Part shown: piece by piece, positions 29,844 through 38,554 of the stretch
How positions within the stretch are numbered: the first letter of the stretch is position 1
Layout of the letters: each line of letters begins with the position of its first letter
The notes under the pieces: model-generated
The model's database searches: none
The model's input: only the letters and a program-made list of their open reading frames with translations
What the model was told of the DNA's origin: nothing
Translations under genes and position numbers: made by a program
From: Vulcanimicrobiota bacterium
GTDB taxonomy: Bacteria > Vulcanimicrobiota > Vulcanimicrobiia > Vulcanimicrobiales > Vulcanimicrobiaceae
Assembly: GCA_963820825.1 (NCBI GenBank)
Contig: CAWGBN010000002.1
Span: 96,001-160,000 of the forward strand
Direction of reading: 5' to 3'
DNA: 64,000 nt

Positions 29844-31139
29844 ATGTTGAAGCGATTGTCGTTCGCATGTTGCCTCGCCCTGACGATTTCGTCGTGCGTC
29901 GCTCGGGATACGTACGCTCCCCCGATTTCGAGCGGCGTGCCCGCCGCAAGCACGGCCGGCGCGCCCCGTTTCGAGAGCGAGCACCGATGGGGGAACTCCA
30001 CCGAGACGCGTTGGGAGCCGGTCGTTGCGGCGGATCCCGAATCGAATTGGGTCTACCAGATGACGACCAATCAGCATCGGGATTTCTTACTCTTCCGAGC
30101 CTCGGCCAACGGAGGCGCAACGTGGGAACCGACGCGTCTCATCTGCCGCCGCGGCACGAGGGTGCCGTTCCAGTACGATCCGCAGATCGCCGGGGCGAAG
30201 GGCGGCACCGTCGACGCCGTCTGTTTGAACGGCTTCTTGCCCGGCGTCGCGTTCGCGCAATCGCACGACCACGGACGCACCTGGAGCCGAGCGGTACGCC
30301 TCGACAAGCCGCTGGGTTATAGCGACAAGCCGACGATGACGCTCTCCGCCGACGGACGGGACGTTTACGTCGCCTTCAACTCCTACAACGCGCTCTACGT
30401 CGCGGCGTCGCACGACGGCGGCTCGAGCTGGCAGCCGGCGGTCAAAGCGACGCACGAGCGTCTCTGGTACTACTCGTATACCGGAGCGACGGCTCCCGAC
30501 GGCTCGGTTTGGTTTGCCGTCGACGGCGAGACCGGAAAGAACCAAACCGCCGGAGGACGTGTGGAGCTGCTTACCTCCGCCGACCGCGGCGCGACCTGGC
30601 GTACGATTCCGTTCGCGACGACTCACGAAGGGGCCCCGTGCCGCCTGCATAACTGCTACCCCGATTTCTTTACCGCGCAAGACGCAATCGCAGTCGATCG
30701 CAGCGGCAACTACCTCTTCGTCTTTGCGAAGAACGATTCCAAACAGGCGCCCAACGAACTCTACGCGAGCCGCTCGCGCGACGGCGTGCACTGGAGCGAT
30801 CCGTCGCTGATAAACGGCCGGGGGAATAATACGAGCCCGGCGGTCGTCGCGGGCATCTCTGCCGGCGATTTCCGGCTCATCTGGCAGGACAACCGCAACG
30901 GCGCGCACGCCTGGAACACCTGGTTCGCGCGCACCACCGACGGCGGCAAAACGTGGAGCCGCGCCCTGCGTCTTTCGAACCGCGGCTCGGGCGCGCCGTA
31001 CAAGAGCCGGGGCGGCTACTACTTCCCCTTCGGCGATTATCTCGGCCTCGCCGTCGATTCCAAGGGCATCGATTACGCGATCTGGGGTGAGGGCGCGGCG
31101 ATCTACTATCCCGGAGGGACGTGGTGGACGCGCGATTGA
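29844..31139 (+). CDS. BNR/Asp-box (sialidase-like) lipoprotein
   Basis: Multiple S.DGG.TW Asp-boxes; lipobox ISSC; GGAGG RBS. Confidence 0.8.
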   Translation: MLKRLSFACCLALTISSCVARDTYAPPISSGVPAASTAGAPRFESEHRWGNSTETRWEPVVAADPESNWVYQMTTNQHRDFLLFRASANGGATWEPTRLICRRGTRVPFQYDPQIAGAKGGTVDAVCLNGFLPGVAFAQSHDHGRTWSRAVRLDKPLGYSDKPTMTLSADGRDVYVAFNSYNALYVAASHDGGSSWQPAVKATHERLWYYSYTGATAPDGSVWFAVDGETGKNQTAGGRVELLTSADRGATWRTIPFATTHEGAPCRLHNCYPDFFTAQDAIAVDRSGNYLFVFAKNDSKQAPNELYASRSRDGVHWSDPSLINGRGNNTSPAVVAGISAGDFRLIWQDNRNGAHAWNTWFARTTDGGKTWSRALRLSNRGSGAPYKSRGGYYFPFGDYLGLAVDSKGIDYAIWGEGAAIYYPGGTWWTRD

Positions 31140-31140
31140 T

Positions 31141-32532
31141 CTACCACGTGCGCGGCGCGTGCTCCAGCAGATCGCCGAGCGCGCGCGTCAGCTCGGCGCG
31201 GTCCGAGACCTGCGTCCAGGGCGGCGTCACCGTGGGAGTCTCGCTCTGGCGCTCGTACGGAACCATCGCGCTCAGGAACCCAATCGGGGTCGCCGAGTAG
31301 CCCGCGACGGTACGAAAGAGCAGGTCGGCCCAGAACGCGTTCGCCCATCCGAACTCCGGGCGGGTGAACTGCTGGGGGTCGTTCGGATTGACCGATTCGT
31401 GCATCAAGCCGTTGAGCGTATCGCTGCGGTCGAGCATGTCGATCGCGTTGACGATCTCGTCACGATGCGTCGTCGTGAGCGCGGCCCCGATAATTCCCAA
31501 TGGCCAGACCCAGCCTTTGGGCGTGTGCGGACTTCCCAGGCCGGTCGCGTACTTTCCGGTGTAATAGTACGGATCGTCGAAGCTCAGCGTAAAGCGGCGC
31601 GTATCGAGGTAGACCGGATCGAGCGTCGCGCACCAGCCGTACCACGGCAGCGTCGTTAGGTTCGGAATGTTCGCGTCGTCCATCATGTTATCGTGGCCGT
31701 AACCGTCGGTTTCGTACACGTACATCCAGCCGTACTTCGGATTGTAGACCTTGCCGTAGCGCAGGACGCCGATCTGTACTTGAGCGGCGAGCGTCGTCGC
31801 CCGCTGCGCGAGCGCGTCGTCGTCGAACGCTTCGTGCGCGAAGCGGGCGAGCAGCCGCATCGCGACGACCGCCATCGCGTTCTGGGGAACGTTGAAGCGG
31901 TAGGTTACCGGATCGTCCGAAGGGCGGAACGCGCTCCAGATCATTCCGGTGTCGGGATTGTAGCCGTCATGCGTGGGGACCGCCTGCTGCCAGACGTAGT
32001 GGCTGCAGCTCGCGTGGTGCTGCTCGCATTCCAGCGTCGTGACGATCGTCTGCATCGCTCGATGGAGCGTCGGCGTAAAGATCGAGGAGTCGCGCGTGTC
32101 GGCGTAATAGACGAAGACGAGCAGGACCGGCCAGGCTAACGAGTCGATCTCCCACTTCCGTTCCCAGACGTGATAATCGGCCGAGAAGGCCTCAGCGTAA
32201 GGATCGGTGAGAATATTCTTGGCGTCGCGCTGAATGACGCCGTAAAACGCCGCGTGCAGCGCCGAGTACGATCGCACGAAACGGATGTACGGAATCGTCT
32301 GGGCCGCCGAGTCGCGCAGCCACATCGCCGGAATATCTCCCGTCTGCACGTACGTGGTTTCATCGGGCTCCTTGAAGAAGTCGGCAAAGAGCTCGTGAAA
32401 GAGCGTCTCGGTTTGAATCGGCCGAACTCCCGACGCGAGCGGAACGTCGAGCGTCTCGGCCAAGGCAGCGCCGCCGGGAAGGCTGCAGCATACGACGAGA
32501 ACGAGCGCTAACGGCGTGATCCATCGGCTCAC
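31141..32532 (-). CDS. Glycoside hydrolase family 125 (exo-alpha-1,6-mannosidase-like), secreted
   Basis: TGDIPAMWLRDS, ERKWEIDSL, SAFRPSDD, MDDANIP, GSPHT and FGWAN motifs. Confidence 0.9.
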   Translation of the reverse strand: MSRWITPLALVLVVCCSLPGGAALAETLDVPLASGVRPIQTETLFHELFADFFKEPDETTYVQTGDIPAMWLRDSAAQTIPYIRFVRSYSALHAAFYGVIQRDAKNILTDPYAEAFSADYHVWERKWEIDSLAWPVLLVFVYYADTRDSSIFTPTLHRAMQTIVTTLECEQHHASCSHYVWQQAVPTHDGYNPDTGMIWSAFRPSDDPVTYRFNVPQNAMAVVAMRLLARFAHEAFDDDALAQRATTLAAQVQIGVLRYGKVYNPKYGWMYVYETDGYGHDNMMDDANIPNLTTLPWYGWCATLDPVYLDTRRFTLSFDDPYYYTGKYATGLGSPHTPKGWVWPLGIIGAALTTTHRDEIVNAIDMLDRSDTLNGLMHESVNPNDPQQFTRPEFGWANAFWADLLFRTVAGYSATPIGFLSAMVPYERQSETPTVTPPWTQVSDRAELTRALGDLLEHAPRTW

Positions 32533-32575
32533 GCGATTCCTCTTCGCCCCACAAACAAGCTTTGCCTCGGCGGCT

Positions 32576-34657
32576 TTACGTCAAGAGCCGCTCCGGTACG
32601 ATCGGAAGGTCGCGCACGCGGATGCCCGTTGCGTGGTAGACGGCGTTGACGACCGCGGCAGCCGCACCCGTGATTGCGATCTCGCCGATCCCTTTCACGT
32701 GCGCCGGATTCACGTGCGGATCGTCGGCCTCGATCGTAAAGATTTCGGGATCGGGAATATCGGCGTGCGTCGGAATGAGATACTCGCCGAGCCCGGGGTT
32801 GGTGATCCGCGCGGTGCGAGAATCGTAGCGCGTCTTTTCGAAGAGCGCCATGCTGATGCCCCACACGATCCCGCCTAAGAGCTGACTGCGCGCGGTCTTT
32901 GCGTTGAGCACGCGGCCGCAATCGAACGCGCCGACAAAACGCGTGACGCGCACCTCCCCGAGGTCCGGGTCGACCTGCACTTGCGCAAACTGCGCCCCGA
33001 ACGTCTGGTGGGCGTAGCCTTCTTCCTCGGAGTCGGGCTTCGATTCGACCTCGAGCGCGAGGCCGCCCGGCGGGATACGCCCGCCCAGCGATGCGAGCTC
33101 TTCACGAAGGCGTGCGGCGGCAAGTACGACGGCAGAGCCGACGCTCCCGGACGTCATCGACCCCGCGGCGATCGGAGCGTACGGAAGGTCCGTATCGCCG
33201 AACTCAAAGCGTACGCGTTCGAAGGGAATCTCGAGAAGCTCGGCGGCGAGCTGGGCGTAGACCGTCGACGAGCCGCAACCTTGTTCGATCGTGCCGCACG
33301 CAATGACGACTCCTCCATCCTCGTCGAGCCGGATGCGGGCGTGCGCCTCGCTTCGGCCCGCACCATGCGACGCGGTGGCCATGCCGAGCCCGACGAGCAT
33401 TCTTCCGTTGCGCATCGAGCGCACAAGCGGAGTTCGCCGGCTCCAACCAAACCGCTCGGCCGCGAGCCGATAACAATCGCGCAAGCGTTTGCTGCCGTAG
33501 GGTTTGCCGCTATCGGGATCGCGCTCGGCGTGGTTTCGCAGACGCAGCTCGAGCGGATCGACGCCTAATGCGTATGCGAGCTCGTCCATCGCGGACTCCA
33601 TGGCGAAGGAACCGGTCGACTCGCCCGGAGATCGTTGATACGTGGGCTTGCTGATGCTCAGCCGGGGAAGCTGATGCGACATCGCGTAGTTCGAAACCGC
33701 GTATAAATCGCGGCTGAAGAGACCGCACGGCTCGATGAACTCGTCGCTCAGGCTCGTCTCGCTCAACACGTCGTGCGAGAGGCCGACGAGCCGTCCGTCG
33801 CGCTCGGCCCCGAGCGCGACGTGCTGCTCGGTCTGAGGCCGGTGGCCGATCCAGGCAAACATCTGCGGCCGCGTAACGACGAGCTTCACCGGCCGGTCGA
33901 CGAGCTTCGCTGCCATCGCGGCAAGCGCGACGTGCGAGCGCGGCTCTCCCTTCGAGCCGAAGGCGCCGCCGACGTACGGGACGATCACCCGAATCTGCGA
34001 CGGCGCAATCTCGAAGACCGCAGCAAGACGCTGACGAACGCCGAACGCCCACTGAGTCGAATCGCGCAGCGTTAGACGCTCTTCGTTCCACTGGGCGATC
34101 GTCGCGTGCGTCTCGATCGGGTTGTGATGCTCCGTCGGCGTACGATACGTCTGCTCGACGCGCACCGGCGCGCCCGCCAACGCGCCCGCGGGATCGCCGC
34201 GCCGATGTTTGGCCGGGCGGCCGAAGATCGCTTCGGGGACGTACCGCGTGGCCGTCTCGAAATCCATCTCCGGATCCTTAGCACGATACTCGACGCGAAC
34301 GAGTCGCGCGGCGTATGCCGCCTCGTCGAGGCTCTTGGCGATCACGACCGCGACCGGCTGACCGTCGAACTCGATGCGATCCTCTTGGAGCAAGAACATG
34401 TGCGAGCCGAACCGCTCCCCTTTGCTGCTCGTCACGCGCGGGGCGTTGGCGTGCGTCATCACCTCGATCACGCCCGGCGCACGACGCGCGGGCGCATCGT
34501 CGATCGCAACGACGCGCCCCCGCGCGATCGTACTGGTGACGACGACCGCGTGAACCATGCCCTCGACGCTATAATCGGCGGTGTAGATTGCCGCGCCGGT
34601 CACTTTCTCGGGTCCGTCGACGCGGTCGCGCGGCGCCCCGGTGAGCGGCCGGCTCAT
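32576..34657 (-). CDS. paoC: Xanthine dehydrogenase-family molybdopterin subunit (PaoC/YagR-like)
   Basis: RVDGPEKVTG, HHNPIETH, GGAFGSK and KGIGE motifs. Confidence 0.85.
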   Translation of the reverse strand: MSRPLTGAPRDRVDGPEKVTGAAIYTADYSVEGMVHAVVVTSTIARGRVVAIDDAPARRAPGVIEVMTHANAPRVTSSKGERFGSHMFLLQEDRIEFDGQPVAVVIAKSLDEAAYAARLVRVEYRAKDPEMDFETATRYVPEAIFGRPAKHRRGDPAGALAGAPVRVEQTYRTPTEHHNPIETHATIAQWNEERLTLRDSTQWAFGVRQRLAAVFEIAPSQIRVIVPYVGGAFGSKGEPRSHVALAAMAAKLVDRPVKLVVTRPQMFAWIGHRPQTEQHVALGAERDGRLVGLSHDVLSETSLSDEFIEPCGLFSRDLYAVSNYAMSHQLPRLSISKPTYQRSPGESTGSFAMESAMDELAYALGVDPLELRLRNHAERDPDSGKPYGSKRLRDCYRLAAERFGWSRRTPLVRSMRNGRMLVGLGMATASHGAGRSEAHARIRLDEDGGVVIACGTIEQGCGSSTVYAQLAAELLEIPFERVRFEFGDTDLPYAPIAAGSMTSGSVGSAVVLAAARLREELASLGGRIPPGGLALEVESKPDSEEEGYAHQTFGAQFAQVQVDPDLGEVRVTRFVGAFDCGRVLNAKTARSQLLGGIVWGISMALFEKTRYDSRTARITNPGLGEYLIPTHADIPDPEIFTIEADDPHVNPAHVKGIGEIAITGAAAAVVNAVYHATGIRVRDLPIVPERLLT

Positions 34658-35634
34658 GCGCCCGCCGCGATCTCGAGCGCGCGAACCAGCGCACGTTGAG
34701 CCAATCGAATCTTGAACTCGTTCGCGCCGTGGCCGCGCGCGCCGTCCAGCGCGGCGACGGCCGCACTTTCGAAGGTTTCGCGGATTGGCGGCAGGCCGGC
34801 GAGCGCGCGCTCCGCCGATACCGAGTGCCAGGGAATGGTACCGACGCCGCCGAGCGCGACGCGCGCCTCTCGAATTCGTCCTGCTGCCGAGTCGAGCGCG
34901 ACGGCAACGGAGACCAGCGCGAAGTCGTATTGCGCGCGGTCGCGAACCTTGACATAGGTCGAATGCGCGCCATAACTCGGCACGGACACCGATACTCCGA
35001 CGATCAGCTCGTCCGCGCAGAGCGCCGTTTCGATTTGCGGCGTCTCGCCCGGTAAGCGGTAGAACTCGCGAAACGCGATCCCACGATTCCCGGCGGTTCC
35101 GGTAACGTGAACGGTTGCGTCGAGCGCGACCAACGCAACGGCGAGGTCGGAAGGATGCGCCGCGATGCAGTGCGCGCTCGTTCCCAGAACGGCTTGACGC
35201 CGGTTCTCGCCGTGCAGCGCTGCGCAGCCGCTCCCGGGGGCGCGCTTGTTGCAGGGCGCCGCCACGTCGCGAAAGTAGGGGCAGCGCGTACGCTGCAAGA
35301 GGTTGCCGCCGACCGTCGCCACGTTACGAATTTGCGGCGAGGCGCTCTGCTGCAGCGCGATCGCGACGAGCGGAAGCCGGGAACGAACCGCTTCGTTCGC
35401 CGCAACGTCGCTTAGACGTGTGAGAGCACCGAGATATAGATGCTCGCCGCGCAGCTCGACTTCGGTCAACGGCAGCGCGTTAATGTCGATGACCAGCGGC
35501 GGCTCCTCGACCGCACCCTTCATAAGATCGAACAGGTTCGTCCCACCGGCAACGTACCGCGCGCCCGGGCGTGCGGCAAGCGCGGCCGCAGCGTCGGCGG
35601 GGCTCACGGCTCTGACGTACTCGAAGGGGTTCAC
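34654..35634 (-). CDS. paoB: FAD-binding subunit (PaoB/YagS-like)
   Basis: AGGTNLFDLMK; GGNLLQRTRCPYF..CNKR.PGSGC 4Fe-4S insertion; GTGA coupling. Confidence 0.9.
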   Translation of the reverse strand: MNPFEYVRAVSPADAAAALAARPGARYVAGGTNLFDLMKGAVEEPPLVIDINALPLTEVELRGEHLYLGALTRLSDVAANEAVRSRLPLVAIALQQSASPQIRNVATVGGNLLQRTRCPYFRDVAAPCNKRAPGSGCAALHGENRRQAVLGTSAHCIAAHPSDLAVALVALDATVHVTGTAGNRGIAFREFYRLPGETPQIETALCADELIVGVSVSVPSYGAHSTYVKVRDRAQYDFALVSVAVALDSAAGRIREARVALGGVGTIPWHSVSAERALAGLPPIRETFESAAVAALDGARGHGANEFKIRLAQRALVRALEIAAGA

Positions 35635-36104
35635 GTCGAGGCGCTCACCTCGAGGATCGCCTCGACAATATTCGGATAGCACCCGCAGCGGCAGAGATTG
35701 CCGCTCATCTCTTCACGGATGGTCTCCCGATCGAGGCTCTTACCGGCGCCGAGCAGAGCGACGGCCGAGACGATCTGTCCGGGCGTGCAGTAGCCGCATT
35801 GCAATCCGTCGTGCTCGATGAAGGCGCGTTGAATCGGATGGAGCTCGCCCTCTTCGGCGATCCCCTCGATGGTGACGATGAACTCGCCGTCGTGCATTAC
35901 CGCCAGGGTCAAACACGAGAGAACCGGCCGTCCGTTGACGAGCACCGTGCACGCGCCGCAGGTGCCCTGGTCGCAACCCTTCTTGGCGCCGGTCGATCCC
36001 AGCCGCTCGCGCAATGCGTCGAGCAGCGTCACGCGCGGCTCGAGGACGAGTTCCCGATCGGTGCCGTTGACGTTGAGAACGAGGTGCGCCGTCGACGACG
36101 CCAT
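35631..36104 (-). CDS. paoA: 2Fe-2S subunit (PaoA/YagT-like, no Tat leader)
   Basis: GCDQGTCGAC, QCGYCTPG and NLCRC motifs. Confidence 0.9.
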   Translation of the reverse strand: MASSTAHLVLNVNGTDRELVLEPRVTLLDALRERLGSTGAKKGCDQGTCGACTVLVNGRPVLSCLTLAVMHDGEFIVTIEGIAEEGELHPIQRAFIEHDGLQCGYCTPGQIVSAVALLGAGKSLDRETIREEMSGNLCRCGCYPNIVEAILEVSAST

Positions 36105-36111
36105 CGCCGCG

Positions 36112-37092
36112 CTAGCCGAGGAAAGCGGGCGCCGTCTGCAGCCCGCCGCCGTTGCCGTTACCCCAGAGCGCGTACTGCAGCGATTGCTTGGAGTTCATCG
36201 AGGCCGCGCCGGTCTCGCCGCTGGGATTGATGGCGATCACACAATACATGTCGTCGTGCAGATTCGGCGCGGTTTTGGCCATGAATCGCATGACGTCGTT
36301 GCAAGCCTCTTGCGGGTGCGCGCCTTGCGCCATCCGCTGCACGATGAACATCGACGTGCAATAGTTCGCCATCACGTCGCCGTTACCGGTCGCCGACGCC
36401 GCTCCCGCCGCGTCGTCCGCGTAGTATCCGCAACCGACCAAGGGCGAGTCGGCAACGCGCCCGGGGATCTTCCAAGCCAGCCCGCTCGTCGAGCAGCCGG
36501 CCACAACGTGCCCGGCGCCGTCGATGCCGACCATGCCGACGGTGTCGTGATGATTCCGGTCGATCCAAAAGTCATCGTGGTTCGGCCTGTTCTTCCACTT
36601 CAACCACTCTGCGAGGCTGTGCGGCGTCAAGAGCTGCATCGGTTCGAATCCCATCGCGATCGCAAACGCAAGCGCGCCCTCGCCGGCCATGGTCGTATGC
36701 CGCGTCTTCTCCATCACCAGACGCGCGACGGAGATCGGATTCTTGATCTTATGGAGGTTGCAGACCGACCCGGCGCGGTGCGTCGTGCCGTTCATGATGC
36801 CGGCGTCGAGCTCGACCTCGCCCTGCGCGTTGGGAAGTCCGCCGTAGCCGACGCTATCGACGTTGGGATCGTCCTCGACGACGTTGATGCCTTTCTCGAC
36901 CGCATCCATGAGCGATCCGCCTGCGGCCAGCACCTGCGCCGCGCGCGCATTCGCCTCGATCCCCCAGTCCCACGTTGTAAGAAAGACCGCCCCGCCCGGC
37001 GCCGCCTGGATCGGCGCTGGGGTCACGGCGGCGAGCGTCGCCGTGGCGGCGCCGGTGGTTACCAGAAACGTACGGCGGTCGATTGGGTCCAC
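36112..37092 (-). CDS. Tat-exported N4-(beta-N-acetylglucosaminyl)-L-asparaginase (Ntn hydrolase)
   Basis: DRRTFL Tat motif; SVGYGGLP, HDTVG autocleavage site, STSG and GRVADSP. Confidence 0.9.
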   Translation of the reverse strand: MDPIDRRTFLVTTGAATATLAAVTPAPIQAAPGGAVFLTTWDWGIEANARAAQVLAAGGSLMDAVEKGINVVEDDPNVDSVGYGGLPNAQGEVELDAGIMNGTTHRAGSVCNLHKIKNPISVARLVMEKTRHTTMAGEGALAFAIAMGFEPMQLLTPHSLAEWLKWKNRPNHDDFWIDRNHHDTVGMVGIDGAGHVVAGCSTSGLAWKIPGRVADSPLVGCGYYADDAAGAASATGNGDVMANYCTSMFIVQRMAQGAHPQEACNDVMRFMAKTAPNLHDDMYCVIAINPSGETGAASMNSKQSLQYALWGNGNGGGLQTAPAFLG

Positions 37093-37111
37093 CTCGCATC
37101 GCTCCTTTCTT

Positions 37112-37570
37112 TCAAGCCGGTATGTAACGGGCTAGTTCGAAGATCTCGTCGGCCTCAAATCCAAGCCGTGCGTAGAACTCCTTGAGGTGCGGCTCGCGAC
37201 GCGGGAGCTCGACCATAACGCTCGACGCGTCGGTCTCGCGGGCGTACTCCACGACCCGCTCGACGAGCCGCCGCCCGATGCCGCCCTTCCGGCTGCGCTC
37301 CTCCACGTAGAGATCGCTCAAGAACCATATTCGGCGGCAGTGCCACGACGACCAGAGCGGATAGAGCGCAATGAAGCCGTGCACGCCGGCGCCGGTCCTG
37401 GCGATGAAGATCACCGAATCGCCCGCGGCAAACCGCTGCGCTAAGAATCGCTTCGAGCGCGCGACGTCGCAATGCCCGGCGAAGAACCGGCGATACGCAT
37501 CGAAGAGCGGCGCGAGGCCGTCGAGGTCCCGCTCTTCGGCTCGGACGATCGCGTAATCCGATGCCGCCAC
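37112..37570 (-). CDS. GNAT acetyltransferase
   Basis: LSDLYV...RKGGIGRRL and FYARLGF. Confidence 0.85.
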   Translation of the reverse strand: MAASDYAIVRAEERDLDGLAPLFDAYRRFFAGHCDVARSKRFLAQRFAAGDSVIFIARTGAGVHGFIALYPLWSSWHCRRIWFLSDLYVEERSRKGGIGRRLVERVVEYARETDASSVMVELPRREPHLKEFYARLGFEADEIFELARYIPA

Positions 37571-38542
37571 TTACCGTGCGCGGCTGACGGTCACGCCGAC
37601 CGGCTCGGTGAACCCGGTAATCGTCTTGAGCGCCGAGCCGGCGTCGGGATACTTCCACCACATGACGTTCGGCGCGCTGCCGATGTTCGGTCCGATGATC
37701 GTACTGCCTTCGATCCAGAACTGAATTATGTCAGTGGATCCCGCGAGCGTTATCGTGCGCACCTTTTTGCCGGAGCTCCCGCTGATCTTGAACTGGTAGA
37801 CGGTCGAGCCGTGGTAGCCGGCGCCCTGGTCTTCAACGGCAACGTACTTGCCGTCCCATTTTACGCCGCCCGGTACGTTGATCTGCTGATTCAGCGTGAC
37901 GTCGGTGAAGGACGTGCCGCCCGCAGCGACTTCCGCAAACTTGAAAAAGCCGTGGAAATCTCCACCCGAAACGTACAAGTTGCCTTTGCCGTCGTACGCG
38001 CAGTCGTAGTAGAGAAAGATCGACGGATCGGCGTACATGCTCGGCGTTCCCTTCGCGTGCTTGTAAAACGCGATGTTCCCCGAGCCGCTGCCGGAGACTT
38101 CGCCGATATTTGCCACCGCGAGCGTACCGGTCGTGGGATCGACCGAACAGCCGGTGGGGCCGTAACCCGCGTCGATCAGCGTCCGGATCGGCTTCGTGCC
38201 GCCGTGCGCGAATTCGTAGATTCGTTCGCTGCTCGTGATGAAGACGTTGCCTTGGGCGTCGACGCAACCGCTGTGAACCGCGGTGAAACCGCTGAGCGTT
38301 CCTTTCAGCTTGCCTTTTGGAAAGGAGTAGACGTCGACGAGGTCGGTGCCGAGATCGGAGACGTAGAGGAGATCGTGATGCTTTGCATCGGGAGCCATCC
38401 ACGAGTGCGGCATCCGCAGCCGCGCCGGCGCGCTCTGCGCTGGGGAGAGCGCGGCCGGTTGCAGAGCGCCGGCGTTACAGCCCGCTCCTGCGGCGATCGC
38501 CGCGGCAGCGGCAACGTAGCGGAACGAAATCCGAAGCCTCAT
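37571..38542 (-). CDS. Beta-propeller lipoprotein
   Basis: Lipobox GAGC; SWMAPDAK..LLYVSD; repeated blade motifs. Confidence 0.75.
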   Translation of the reverse strand: MRLRISFRYVAAAAAIAAGAGCNAGALQPAALSPAQSAPARLRMPHSWMAPDAKHHDLLYVSDLGTDLVDVYSFPKGKLKGTLSGFTAVHSGCVDAQGNVFITSSERIYEFAHGGTKPIRTLIDAGYGPTGCSVDPTTGTLAVANIGEVSGSGSGNIAFYKHAKGTPSMYADPSIFLYYDCAYDGKGNLYVSGGDFHGFFKFAEVAAGGTSFTDVTLNQQINVPGGVKWDGKYVAVEDQGAGYHGSTVYQFKISGSSGKKVRTITLAGSTDIIQFWIEGSTIIGPNIGSAPNVMWWKYPDAGSALKTITGFTEPVGVTVSRAR

Positions 38543-38554
38543 CCTGGGCCTCCC

